Below the pieces are notes generated by a model. That model was not told the origin of the DNA and did not search any database. It was given only the letters and a program-made list of their open reading frames with translations. From a bacterium (lineage in GTDB: Bacteria > Electryoneota > Electryoneia > Electryoneales > Electryoneaceae): 64,000 nucleotides of DNA. Location: NCBI GenBank assembly GCA_963669175.1, contig OY769902.1, forward strand, positions 4,928,001 to 4,992,000, written 5' to 3'. Both the position numbers and the translations under genes were made by a program. Positions 38,289 through 48,421 of this stretch are shown in pieces (within the stretch, counting starts at the first letter, position 1; every line of letters begins with the position of its first letter).

Positions 38289-39197
38289 CTACTGTTCCTT
38301 GAGGAATAGATAGATGGTGATACTTGCTGTAATTATCTGCAAGAAACGTGTCCAGGTTTCCAGTGTTTTCCAACTGGGGATAGTTGGTACATATACGATA
38401 TCACCCTCAACAATAATGGGCAGTTCATCAAATGAAGCTTTCTTGTATATTTTCTTGAAATTGTAGACATCTCGAAAATACATATTATCTCGTTTGCTAT
38501 AGACAATCACATTTGTAATATCCGAAGCACCGGAAAATCCGCCTGCGCGATAGATGAAATCCAGGAGATTCTCCTGTTCATTGATTTGATAAAATCCCGG
38601 TTTGTTTACCTGTCCGAAAACACGAACGGACTGATCACCGTCAAGGTACCCAACAACAACGATATCGCCATATTCATAAGCAAAGTCTGTCAGCTCATCA
38701 TCCAGAAATAGAAAATCATTCTTTTCGAGTCTTATCATGGAATAGTCACCACCGGCATCCTTCCTGAAAACAATAACTTCATCGAAGTTGGCGGTTTCAG
38801 AAAATCCCCCAGCATAAGAGAAGAGCAAGCCCGGATGCACATTCGATGGCATCAGAACCAGACCAGGCTCATTGACTTGCCCCAGGACCTGAACCTGAAT
38901 GATCCGTTCCCTTGAGATATTGACAAAGAAAATCGGACGCTCGACATATCTTGACAGCAGTGGCGACAGCAACGCATTAAACTGAGTCATCGTCAAACCA
39001 TCAACTGGTACACTGGCCATCAATGGATAGTCTATAAATCCATTTTCGCCAACCGTGTATGCGCCTGATAGTTCTCCGTGTTCCAGAACAGTAATGCGAA
39101 TCAGAGAACCGGGTTCCAGAACCTGTTCCGCACTGAATAGAGAAACTGGTCCCAAGACTATCAGGACCAGGGCAATAAGCAACTTAGATCGGTACAT
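38289..39197 (-). CDS. Polysaccharide export protein with SLBB domains (Wza-like)
   Basis: Poly_export motif G.I.YPL...V.GLT; V.V.GQVN.PG SLBB repeats; GDIVYVP. Confidence 0.88.
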   Translation of the reverse strand: MYRSKLLIALVLIVLGPVSLFSAEQVLEPGSLIRITVLEHGELSGAYTVGENGFIDYPLMASVPVDGLTMTQFNALLSPLLSRYVERPIFFVNISRERIIQVQVLGQVNEPGLVLMPSNVHPGLLFSYAGGFSETANFDEVIVFRKDAGGDYSMIRLEKNDFLFLDDELTDFAYEYGDIVVVGYLDGDQSVRVFGQVNKPGFYQINEQENLLDFIYRAGGFSGASDITNVIVYSKRDNMYFRDVYNFKKIYKKASFDELPIIVEGDIVYVPTIPSWKTLETWTRFLQIITASITIYLFLKEQ

Positions 39198-39216
39198 GTT
39201 TTTCCCGATTTATAAA

Positions 39217-40197
39217 CTAACGTACAAAAACCAGTTTTTGGGTCGAATTTTCATGCTGGGTATTTACATGAATAAAGTAAACACCAGCTGCAAAATCTTC
39301 AGGTTGCCACGAGAATTTCTGAATCCCGGAACGAAACATTCCGTTGTACAATACAGATACTTCTCTGCCCATCACATCATATACGGTCAGAGAACCAATT
39401 TGCGATACAGGGCTGTTCACCGTAATAATTGTCTGACTGTTAAATGGATTAGGATAGCCAGAGACCAACACCGTAGATGAAGGAATAGCAAGCTGATCTC
39501 TATCTTCAACTACCGAGCCTTCACCTGTTACAATGATATCATCGGCAGAAGTCTCAGCTATTTCATCAAAATTGAACAAGTATATCCCGAAAAAGCCATT
39601 ACTGAATGTGCTATCCGTCACAGGACACCCCGGGAGAAGAGCTTCGTCCCAATAGGCTGACAGTTCAGCGCCCTCGCACTCGAGTCCCAGCTTATGCCAA
39701 CCGGATTCCTCTGGGATTCCTCCCGGGAATGTATCTTCATCCCAGACAATAATATCATCTCCATAGCCACTCTCGCCCGGGAATACACGCAATTCCAGTT
39801 TTGGAGTTGCCGGAGGCATCCCGCCAGAATTGAAATTGGTACGCAGATAATAATAATGATAAACGCCGCCGGTCGTATCCATACGAGCAACAATACCATG
39901 ACGTGTGCCTTCACCGACAGTCACATACATCCACATCTCAACCTTATAATCCGTCAGTGCGGCAGAACCTGCCAATGCAGTTCCAACCATCTGGTTTTCA
40001 TTTGTTAATGTGCCAACCCAATTGTCGCCGGAGGGATTTGAGTCAAGATAGTTTGCCCGTAACTCATCCCCTTCAGGCCAGGGGGTAAACCAGTCAAGTG
40101 TCAGAGAACCGTCTGTAAAGTGTTCTTCGTAAAGCACTTCCGAAAAAGCTGAGAACGCTAAACATACCACTAAGAGAACCGCAATTCCAATTTTCAC
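39217..40197 (-). CDS. Secreted protein (lectin/DUF1080-like beta-sandwich) with C-terminal sorting domain
   Basis: GTG start with GGAGG RBS; signal peptide; WHKL.LE, G.FGIY, DDIIV; GYPNPFNS...AAGVYF CTD. Confidence 0.8.
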   Translation of the reverse strand: MKIGIAVLLVVCLAFSAFSEVLYEEHFTDGSLTLDWFTPWPEGDELRANYLDSNPSGDNWVGTLTNENQMVGTALAGSAALTDYKVEMWMYVTVGEGTRHGIVARMDTTGGVYHYYYLRTNFNSGGMPPATPKLELRVFPGESGYGDDIIVWDEDTFPGGIPEESGWHKLGLECEGAELSAYWDEALLPGCPVTDSTFSNGFFGIYLFNFDEIAETSADDIIVTGEGSVVEDRDQLAIPSSTVLVSGYPNPFNSQTIITVNSPVSQIGSLTVYDVMGREVSVLYNGMFRSGIQKFSWQPEDFAAGVYFIHVNTQHENSTQKLVFVR

Positions 40198-40440
40198 AAT
40201 AACCTCCAAGGGTTCGGTCTCCATCCGGCCCGCCCACAGGTGTAGCAAAACAACTTACTGTAGAATGGATTATCAGTCAATAAACGTCAGGTAGATGTTA
40301 CTCCTGTTTCCTGGAGCCTGTTTCTATTAAACCACATTAAACCACCTCCCCGGATCGGCGTCCTATGGCTGAGAAAAGAAACAACGGCGAAACCGAAAAC
40401 AACTACTGTTTGATACAAGATAAAACGAAAGGAGTAAAAG

Positions 40441-41058
40441 ATGATTTCGCTGAAAAAAAACCGGGTTATTGTATTAACCACACTCGTAGCAGCAGGCCTG
40501 ATGCTTACCGGCCAGATACTTTTTGCCCAGCCTGGACAAGGACGTGGACAGGGACGTGGCATGGGACGCGGTATGGGTCAAGGAGCCGGTGGTGGCTGCA
40601 TGGCTGCTTTTGAACTTGACCTCACAGATTCACAGATCGAGAAACTGGCACAGCTGCGGTCAGACCTCTTCAAAGAAGAGCTTCCATTGTTACGTCAGCG
40701 TTGGGAGAAAATGGAAGCAATGCAGGAACTGATGGAGTCCGAAAGCCAGGACAGAACCAAGATCGAAAACCTGCACGTGGAAATCGTTGAACTGAATGCC
40801 AAGCTGGAACGCACTCGTGCCGATGCGTCCGAAAAAGCCCTGAAGGTGTTGACAGAAGATCAACGCCGTGAACTTGGAAACCGCCCGATTCCAATCTTTG
40901 ATCAACCCGGTCTGGGCGGTGGGCCTGGAAATGGTGGCCCCGGTTTTGGTTCTGGTAGAGGCCAGGGTCAACGCTGGAACGACAGCCCTCCCTGCATGGA
41001 TTCTGACGGCTCCCTCCCCGATGATCGTCCACGCTACTGGCGTCGTAACAACCGGTAA
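40441..41058 (+). CDS. Spy/CpxP/ZraP-family periplasmic protein
   Basis: Signal peptide, Gly/Met-rich ends, LDLTDSQ and VLTEDQR (LTxxQ) motifs. Confidence 0.85.
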   Translation: MISLKKNRVIVLTTLVAAGLMLTGQILFAQPGQGRGQGRGMGRGMGQGAGGGCMAAFELDLTDSQIEKLAQLRSDLFKEELPLLRQRWEKMEAMQELMESESQDRTKIENLHVEIVELNAKLERTRADASEKALKVLTEDQRRELGNRPIPIFDQPGLGGGPGNGGPGFGSGRGQGQRWNDSPPCMDSDGSLPDDRPRYWRRNNR

Positions 41059-41075
41059 CACCGTTCCTCTTAAAC

Positions 41076-41107
41076 ACAAAGGGTTCATCCACGGATGAAC
41101 CCTTTGT
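41076..41107. terminator. Bidirectional terminator-like hairpin
   Basis: ACAAAGGGTTCATCC-AC-GGATGAACCCTTTGT perfect inverted repeat between convergent genes. Confidence 0.75.
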
Positions 41108-41128
41108 AGTTTTATCCTTTTCCACTCA

Positions 41129-41701
41129 TCACTTCTGCTTCGGGGGACGGAACAGGTAAATCACACCAACCTTGATCTGGGCAATGTCAGGAATGAAAGA
41201 GTATTTCACTTCCAGCCCGGTTTGCGGATTAAACATATAACCCAATCCCACATCCACACCGGTATTCGTACCCTCAGCGCTGGTTTCAAGAGTACCTGCT
41301 GCATCTTCCAACTCATACTTCAGCGTGTACATGTTGATACTGACACCCAACAATCCATAGAATTCTTTGGTAAAGAAATAATTCGACTCCGCTTCCACGA
41401 AGATATCATACAGCATGGTTTTCTGGGTATAATCCGAGTTGAAATAGACGATATCATCTTCACGCGGCATGAAATAACCATACCCGGCCGTGATCTTTGT
41501 ATTGATATTGGGTTGCACTTGGTACGTCAACGAAAAACCAAGATGGCCTCCCATCATCATCCTGCTCTCTTCAACCATATCATCATAAGTGGCTGTCGCA
41601 AAACCACCTGCCAGCCCAAAACCAACTTCGCTCGGGTCGAACTGGGCTGCCGTAGCGCCTGAAACAACCAGCAGCACCAACACCCATCTCCACATCTTCA
41701 T
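41129..41701 (-). CDS. Small outer-membrane beta-barrel protein
   Basis: Signal peptide MKMWRWVLVLLVVSGATA; alternating strands, GVDVGLGYMF, LEVKY, VGVIYLF. Confidence 0.75.
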   Translation of the reverse strand: MKMWRWVLVLLVVSGATAAQFDPSEVGFGLAGGFATATYDDMVEESRMMMGGHLGFSLTYQVQPNINTKITAGYGYFMPREDDIVYFNSDYTQKTMLYDIFVEAESNYFFTKEFYGLLGVSINMYTLKYELEDAAGTLETSAEGTNTGVDVGLGYMFNPQTGLEVKYSFIPDIAQIKVGVIYLFRPPKQK

Positions 41702-41951
41702 CTTGCCTCCGTTTTGTTGCCCACCAAACGAATATACAGCTCGATTGTTTCGCGATGCTGTGACCGAGAGTACCTGTGCCTGTCGTTGAATTTGTACCAC
41801 CCAAGCCTTTACTTCTGGAAATCATCTAATTGGATAATTCATAGTTCTCTTTGCCCCATTTTAGCGATACATTCATTCGACACACTCGTGCGGCTCGGGT
41901 AACACACTACCTGTGGCAACATACTCAACATGGAAGTATTGGAAACCAGGC

Positions 41952-43277
41952 ATGGATGTTATATACGAAGTATTCGACCTGACCACGGATGGACGTGGTG
42001 TTGCCCGTCAGCCCAATGGACGCATTGTCTTCATTACCGGCGCTCTTCCCGGCGATAAAGTCATCGCCCATATTCACCAGGCTGAGGTTAAAGGACCGTT
42101 ATCAGGCTGGGTCGAAGAGGTGATAGTCGCCTCGCCACACCGGGTGGAGCATCCCTGTCCACATTTCCGTGACGGCTGCATTGCCTCCCCTCTCGGAGCT
42201 CTGCAATACGAACGTGCGCTAGACCTGAAACAACGCTCTGTGACCGAGGTCCTGAAGCGGATCGGACGCATCGCCGAACCGCCCGTCGCTCCGATTATTC
42301 CGTCTCCTGATCCCTGGGGGTATCGTGACCGAGTCGAACTCGCGCTGGAATGGAACGATTCTGCATGGCTTACTGGCTACCGTTCCCTGGACAACCTGAT
42401 CCCGATCCAGGACTGCCTGCTGACATCGCAACCGGTTCGCAACGCGCTGATACGTATCGCTGAATTGCTGGCAAATGGTGAGTTACCTGCTCCCGAAGGA
42501 CGTTGGCAGGGCGGCATGCGTCTGCTACTGCGTGACAATGGCAACAACGGCGCTGTTGCTGTCCTGTTTGTAATCGCTCAACGAGCCGTATCCGTTGAGC
42601 CACTCGAAAACCTGCTGAACCGGGCAGACCTGGCTGGCTGGCAGATTCGAAGGGCCAAGAATGTCAATTCACGCCTGTTCGCGTCGGTTTTGGAAACGGA
42701 AGCGGGGAACAGTTCTGTCGCTATTCCGATGGGCAGCCAGATGATGTCGATGGCGCCGGTAGCCTTTGCGCAGGCAAATCGAAGCGCTGCGGATACCATG
42801 CTGGAGAAAATCCTGGAGTTCGTTCCTACAGATGCCAACCTGCTGGATCTATACGGCGGATTCGGCTTCTTCGGGCTGCATCATGCCTTGAGGGGCGGAC
42901 GGGCTACCGTGGTGGAATCCTCCCAGGACGCCATCACGAACGGGCTGGCTTTCGCAACAGAAAAGGGATTGCCGGTTCATTATATCGTCAGCAATCTTGA
43001 TCGTCCCAATTCCCTTCGGACCAACCTGAACCATTTCAATGTGATTCTGCTTGATCCGCCACGAAAAGGCGCACATCGTCATATCCTGAGCCAGATCAAC
43101 CGGAAAGGACCGGGGACACTGATCTATGTATCCTGTCACGCTGCGGCGTTGGCACGCGACCTGGAACGCTTGCCGATGTACCGTCCGGTTCGCTTCTTCC
43201 CGGTAGACCTTTTCCCGCAAACGCCGGACGTGGAAGTGGTTGCAGTCTTCGAAAGAAAGCTGAAACATCGGGAATAG
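41952..43277 (+). CDS. TRAM-domain RNA (uracil-5)-methyltransferase, RlmD/TrmA family
   Basis: GRGVAR...FITGALPGD TRAM domain; F.Q.N; LDLYGGFG; LDPPRKG; YVSC; DLFPQT..VE. Confidence 0.88.
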   Translation: MDVIYEVFDLTTDGRGVARQPNGRIVFITGALPGDKVIAHIHQAEVKGPLSGWVEEVIVASPHRVEHPCPHFRDGCIASPLGALQYERALDLKQRSVTEVLKRIGRIAEPPVAPIIPSPDPWGYRDRVELALEWNDSAWLTGYRSLDNLIPIQDCLLTSQPVRNALIRIAELLANGELPAPEGRWQGGMRLLLRDNGNNGAVAVLFVIAQRAVSVEPLENLLNRADLAGWQIRRAKNVNSRLFASVLETEAGNSSVAIPMGSQMMSMAPVAFAQANRSAADTMLEKILEFVPTDANLLDLYGGFGFFGLHHALRGGRATVVESSQDAITNGLAFATEKGLPVHYIVSNLDRPNSLRTNLNHFNVILLDPPRKGAHRHILSQINRKGPGTLIYVSCHAAALARDLERLPMYRPVRFFPVDLFPQTPDVEVVAVFERKLKHRE

Positions 43278-43357
43278 AACTGCTTGATTCACAAGATGAG
43301 CAGGATTGTAAACGATGGTCAGGATGTAATCTCTTGATGGCATACCTTAACACGTAT

Positions 43358-44239
43358 CTACACCGGCACTATCAATGGCAATCCGCCCGGTTCGATCTCC
43401 AGGGAAACCGGCAGTTGGACAAAGGGTTCGCCATCAGAGAAAGTCACATCCTGTCCACGGGACAACATGGTGATTTTTGCTGTCCGTGAACGATGTACCG
43501 AGACTTGCGGCACCAGGATATGCTGCCCGGAAAAGATCTTTGGGAAAAGACGCAACAGGGTGAATGGATTAACCGGATCAACCGTAATCACATCAAACAA
43601 GCCGTCACGAGGATCCGCAGCCGGGGCGATTTTCATCCCGCCCCCGTAGTGAACACCATTGGCAAACGTAGCCATCATGTACCGTCCTTCCAGCACGGTA
43701 TCATCCAGTTCGATACGCAGTATCATGGGACGGTAACTGACCAATGCCCGGACCACGTTCCAGGTGTAGCAGATCGCCCCACCAAGGAGACACTTGCCAT
43801 CATGGGTCAGCTTGGCAACCAGGGCGTCGAAACCGACATAGGCTCCGGAAAGGAAAGGAATGCCATTCGCGGTGGGAAGATCAAAGGCTTTTATCTTCAC
43901 CCGTCGCATGGCTTTACAGGCCTCTTCCAACCCGTGCGGCAGGTCGAAATTGCGTGAGGTGTCGTTACCACGTCCTGCCGGGAGCACTCCCAATGGCAAA
44001 CGTGTGGCATTGAGCCCGATCAGGACATCATGAATCGTCCCGTCGCCTCCGCAGGCCAGCACCCCCTCGAAACCTTCCGCTTCAGCGTTGTGGGCTTCTT
44101 CCAGCAGAGCATCACGTGAGGCTGGAATCACAAACTCGTAGGTATGAACTCCCCCGGGCAACCATCGACGGATATCCGGCAGGTGCCGTACACTGCCCCC
44201 GCCAGCCGCGGCAGGATTCAGGATGACTTTCAGTCGCAT
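43358..44239 (-). CDS. Diacylglycerol/lipid kinase family protein (YegS/DgkB-like)
   Basis: ILNPAA, GGDGTIHDV, PAGRGND, YGGGMKIAP, DGE motifs. Confidence 0.92.
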   Translation of the reverse strand: MRLKVILNPAAAGGGSVRHLPDIRRWLPGGVHTYEFVIPASRDALLEEAHNAEAEGFEGVLACGGDGTIHDVLIGLNATRLPLGVLPAGRGNDTSRNFDLPHGLEEACKAMRRVKIKAFDLPTANGIPFLSGAYVGFDALVAKLTHDGKCLLGGAICYTWNVVRALVSYRPMILRIELDDTVLEGRYMMATFANGVHYGGGMKIAPAADPRDGLFDVITVDPVNPFTLLRLFPKIFSGQHILVPQVSVHRSRTAKITMLSRGQDVTFSDGEPFVQLPVSLEIEPGGLPLIVPV

Positions 44240-44351
44240 GAGATTACAGGTGTTTAGTGAGCTACCGCTTGCCCTGCGTTTATGGGCGTCCTACCTTAAA
44301 TGCTCGAAAGTAAGGCTTTCGGAGCAGAATTCATACACTTGGAGACAGGTT

Positions 44352-45890
44352 ATGTCCTTTTATGGCTACAAGCGATTTCTGAACAGGTACCTTGGGCTCT
44401 GTGCTATGGCATTGTTGATCTCAGTGGCGGTTCTGTCGGGTTGCGGAGGCCTGGAACTGACACCGGAAGCCTTTCTGCAACAGTATAATGCCGAGAACAA
44501 TGAGGATTCCCTGATCACGCTGTGCAGGACATACCTGGACGCTACCATTGATGAGCATAACGGATTTAACCTGGCCAGGCTGGTCGCTCATAAATGGGAT
44601 GAAATTGACCCGAACGGACTGCAAGCCTACCTGCAAAACCTGCATGCGGAAGACCCTGTTGTCGTTCGTTACATCTATCTGCTTGCCGAGAATACCGATG
44701 ATCCGATGAAACGCCTGAATTACCTGCGTGAAGTTATCCGTCTCTCCCCCGTCTGGCCGCTTGGCTACATAGCAATCTGCCAATCGTACATCGCGGAACT
44801 CTTTTCACTGCCCGAGTGGGAACGCAAAGACCATCCGTACAACGATGAACTGCAGAAAGATATCGGCAAATTCTTTTCCCTTTCGAAGTTTGATCCGGAC
44901 AATCCGGATGCCTACGAATATGAATACCGTTACCTGCTGTTTTCCGGGAAAGCGGATGAGGCGGGGCGTGTTCTGGCGCATTCTACGACGTTAGGCGCTC
45001 AATGGATTCGTCCGCTTGACTGGGCCAATGTTTATGCCCAGCAACGTAAAGACGACCTGATGCGACGCGAAATCATCAAGGAAGTCGCACGTCGTATCAG
45101 TGAAGGGCAGGTAACCGAGGCAAACCGTACCGCTGAAGAATACAGATTGACTCTGGACGTATTGGTCAATGCACAGCGCGGAGAAGATGCCGTCACACGC
45201 ATCAAACAGGAAAAGAACTGGAAAAAGGATCCTGACATACTCTACCAATTGGCCCACACCCAGGCTGCGACCGGGAAGAATACGGAGGCGCTATCCAGTC
45301 TCGAAAAGGCTGTTGATTTGGGATGGAACCATATTGAGGTGATCACCGACGAGCTTGTTTTCGCCGACTTGCATAAACACGGGAAATGGAAAAAACTGGT
45401 CGCCCAGATTCAACACAAATGGGATCGCGGTCAGTCATACCGGAAAAAGCATGTTCTTTCCGAACGGATTTCCAAATCGGTTCGTCCCTGGAGCTTCTGC
45501 ACGTCCACCGGGGATACGTTGACCTCGCAGGAAACTTTCGGCAAGGTAGTCGTACTGGACTTCTGGAGCGAACGCTGTGAAGCATGCACGGAAACTGTCA
45601 TGCCTGTGATCAACGATATTGCGAAAGAATTCGACGGGAATGAGCAGGTGCAGGTGTATTCCGTACGCATCTGGGACAAGGGTGTAAAGGTGCATATGGC
45701 CATGTTTAAGGAAAAGAACTACGCCATGACTCCCCTTTTCGCCAACGCTCAGCAGACTGCGGATTTCGGCGTGGAACAATTGCCTTATACTTGTGTCATC
45801 GACAAGTCCGGGACAATACGCTTTGAATTACATGGGCTCCATGAAGGAATGAAGGAGAAACTGACCTGGATGATTCAGTCGCTGCAGTAG
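44352..45890 (+). CDS. Lipoprotein with TPR repeats and C-terminal TlpA-like redoxin domain
   Basis: Lipobox LSGC; TPR-like helices; GKVVVLDFWSERCEAC; FGV..LP.T.VIDK.G.IR. Confidence 0.82.
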   Translation: MSFYGYKRFLNRYLGLCAMALLISVAVLSGCGGLELTPEAFLQQYNAENNEDSLITLCRTYLDATIDEHNGFNLARLVAHKWDEIDPNGLQAYLQNLHAEDPVVVRYIYLLAENTDDPMKRLNYLREVIRLSPVWPLGYIAICQSYIAELFSLPEWERKDHPYNDELQKDIGKFFSLSKFDPDNPDAYEYEYRYLLFSGKADEAGRVLAHSTTLGAQWIRPLDWANVYAQQRKDDLMRREIIKEVARRISEGQVTEANRTAEEYRLTLDVLVNAQRGEDAVTRIKQEKNWKKDPDILYQLAHTQAATGKNTEALSSLEKAVDLGWNHIEVITDELVFADLHKHGKWKKLVAQIQHKWDRGQSYRKKHVLSERISKSVRPWSFCTSTGDTLTSQETFGKVVVLDFWSERCEACTETVMPVINDIAKEFDGNEQVQVYSVRIWDKGVKVHMAMFKEKNYAMTPLFANAQQTADFGVEQLPYTCVIDKSGTIRFELHGLHEGMKEKLTWMIQSLQ

Positions 45891-46018
45891 CGAATTTTGC
45901 GAATAGAATGTGTCCTGCAACAATCCGGGATTGCAACCGGGATCACCACACCAGTATGTTTAGTTTTATATATTTAGACAGGCTATTCAGTTAAACATGA
46001 ACTTGATCAGAGTGTACG

Positions 46019-46900
46019 ATGCCACGGACAAACGCCGCACAGCTTCTCGACATGATTTCTGCCAGGGGCGATCTGCCTACCATGCCCGAGGTGGTGTCCA
46101 GCCTGTTGACCTTGATCGACAATCCCGAATGTCCCATGGAGGAAATTGTCCGGGTCTTGAAAACAGATCCAGCCCTTGTTGGGCGCATCCTGACACTGTC
46201 CAACTCGGCTGAAGGCGACAATCCCCGCCAGACCAGGGTCTCGGACATTACAATCGCAGCCGCGAAGGTGGGACGTGAAGGCATTCGGAAGATTGTCCTT
46301 TCCACCTCGTTGATGGAGCTCTTTGAGCATACGAAGAAGATTGACCAGGCCATGTTCTGGCGTCATTCTTTGGCCGTAGCACTGAACGCACAGTTGCTGT
46401 CACGTATCCTCGGGGAGAATGAGAACAGCCAGCATACGGCCTACCTGACCGGACTCATGCATGATATCGGTTTGCTGGTTTTCGGACACCTGATCCCGAA
46501 ATCTTACGGGAATTTCATCACCAGGATCGCCGGCAACCGTAATCCAAGTCACCAATACCAGTTATGCCTGATGGAAGATGAAGCGTTCGGGATAGACCAT
46601 GCCCGCCTGGGAGCTGCCTACATTGAGGAATGGTGGCCGATTGATCGAACCATCATTATGGGTGTCCGTTATCATCATCCGGAAGTAAACCTGCCGGGAA
46701 ACCTGCCCTTCATCGCAAAGCTGGTAATTGCATCCGACCTGTTCGCTCATTCCAAGCATACCCATAACGGGGTGAATGTGTATCGTGATCCCTTCGACCT
46801 TCACTGCCTGCGTGTGTTGGATATGGATGAGAAACAAATCGAGCGCTTCCTGGATATGGCGCCGATGAATATAGAACTGGCGGCAGATCATGTGTCTTGA
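46019..46900 (+). CDS. HDOD domain protein
   Basis: LPTMP, DPALVGRIL..SNS, FWRHSLAVA, GLMHDIG, DHA.LG, YHH. Confidence 0.92.
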   Translation: MPRTNAAQLLDMISARGDLPTMPEVVSSLLTLIDNPECPMEEIVRVLKTDPALVGRILTLSNSAEGDNPRQTRVSDITIAAAKVGREGIRKIVLSTSLMELFEHTKKIDQAMFWRHSLAVALNAQLLSRILGENENSQHTAYLTGLMHDIGLLVFGHLIPKSYGNFITRIAGNRNPSHQYQLCLMEDEAFGIDHARLGAAYIEEWWPIDRTIIMGVRYHHPEVNLPGNLPFIAKLVIASDLFAHSKHTHNGVNVYRDPFDLHCLRVLDMDEKQIERFLDMAPMNIELAADHVS

Positions 46901-46949
46901 GTGACACAAAAGAATACCAGTGCAAGTGAGCTTTCAGGTAAAGTCCAAT

Positions 46950-47199
46950 GGAAAATGGGGACTGCTACTCTTTTTCGCTTGCAAGTAGTTTAGTGGCTGC
47001 TAACCATACGTAATAAGCATATATAATTTCCAATTCGCCGGGAAAACACGAGGCGAAAAAGGTAGCTGTCCCGTTCATTTTCCTGCCCGCGACTGTATAA
47101 TTGCAACAAGCGTAAAATTCGGTACAATTCCCTTTTCATCTCGTCTGATTTGACTATCCTTATCCGTGCAGACATGAAAAAGGAACAGTCCCATTTTTC
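46950..47199. repeat. Three more copies of the GAAAA.GG..CTG/CAG.CCC.TTTTC palindromic repeat family
   Basis: Copies at 46950-46976, 47055-47083 and 47176-47199; similar to the 20813-21003 cluster. Confidence 0.65.
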
Positions 47200-47257
47200 G
47201 CCGAAAACCAGCCTTCATCTTTTCCCGGGATTAACTCTCAGCGCCGCGTCCTAATTC

Positions 47258-48421
47258 CTACGGCAGGAACAACGTCCGCTGAACAACCGTTTCCGCGCCA
47301 CTCTGCAACTGGACAAAATACATCCCGGAACTCATCCCTTCCGGCGACCACGAGAAGCTGCCGGTTCCGCCATTCACCTGCTTTTCTAAGACCAGCTTGC
47401 CAAGCGCATTGTACACATTCACTGTTGCACCTTGACCGGCAGGAGTCTCAAAGCGAACGGAGAGCTGACTGTTAAAGGGAGTCGGCCAGATTGAAAGCTC
47501 CATCGCGGCAGGTAACTCGACCGTTGTCTCAGTGTCAATCGCATGGTCGGGGGCATCGATATAAGCGGCTGTGGGAACATGATCACTTATATAAGTGTGG
47601 TAGGAACCCCATTCGTTTTGAAGCTGTATTGTTTCGCAACTTCCATGATTTTGAAAGATGTCCGTATAGAATTCATCCGTAACCAGGATATGATCGATCA
47701 GACGTCCGGACAATGGATGCGATGCCCAGTTGGAATGTCCCACCATCCATTCATCCAGCCAGACCCAGTTCTGGGGATCATCCAGGAAAACCGGGAACGC
47801 ATTGTAGTTGTCCGAGTCATCCAGCTCATCGTTCCAGTCCCCGGCAATCACCCAGTGGTCCTCGCCGCCGTCCTCGATAATGCCGCCGATATAGTCATGG
47901 AGCAACTCACAGGCATGACGACGCTGTCCCAGGTCATCACTGGTCGTTCCGGCTTTCAGGTGCAGGGTGATAAAGTTGAAGGAGATGGTATCACCATTCT
48001 CATGCATGGTGACCGGTACCTGTATCGGCGGACGTGTCAAATCCGTATTGGCAAATAACTGCGTCATCTCGCCTACGGTTACAGTTTCCGTATTCCAGAG
48101 TATCCCGGTCTTCACATAAAACCCGCCATAGGTGTCGGGTGAATAGATTCCATCCCACCCGGCCAGGTTACTGACGAGCTGATCGAAATCATCGATGGAA
48201 TTGATCTCCTGCATGGCGATCATGTCCAGCTCAAGATCACGGATGAGCAGAGTCAGATAGTTTACGGTCAGGTTGCCACTCAAGGGGAAATTCTCACAAT
48301 TCCAGGTAGCGAAATCGTGGGTCTCATCGGAACCACGTGGATCAACAAGCGCAAAAACGGTTGCCGCACATACCAGTAGTATACCAACGGCAAGCATGCT
48401 AATGCCGGCAAAACGGTGCAT
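47258..48421 (-). CDS. Secreted endonuclease/exonuclease/phosphatase (DNase I-like) with C-terminal sorting domain
   Basis: TWNCENF, AMQEI, LHLKA, AGDWND, IDHI, SDHVP catalytic motifs; WPTPFNS...SSGMYFVQL CTD. Confidence 0.9.
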   Translation of the reverse strand: MHRFAGISMLAVGILLVCAATVFALVDPRGSDETHDFATWNCENFPLSGNLTVNYLTLLIRDLELDMIAMQEINSIDDFDQLVSNLAGWDGIYSPDTYGGFYVKTGILWNTETVTVGEMTQLFANTDLTRPPIQVPVTMHENGDTISFNFITLHLKAGTTSDDLGQRRHACELLHDYIGGIIEDGGEDHWVIAGDWNDELDDSDNYNAFPVFLDDPQNWVWLDEWMVGHSNWASHPLSGRLIDHILVTDEFYTDIFQNHGSCETIQLQNEWGSYHTYISDHVPTAAYIDAPDHAIDTETTVELPAAMELSIWPTPFNSQLSVRFETPAGQGATVNVYNALGKLVLEKQVNGGTGSFSWSPEGMSSGMYFVQLQSGAETVVQRTLFLP

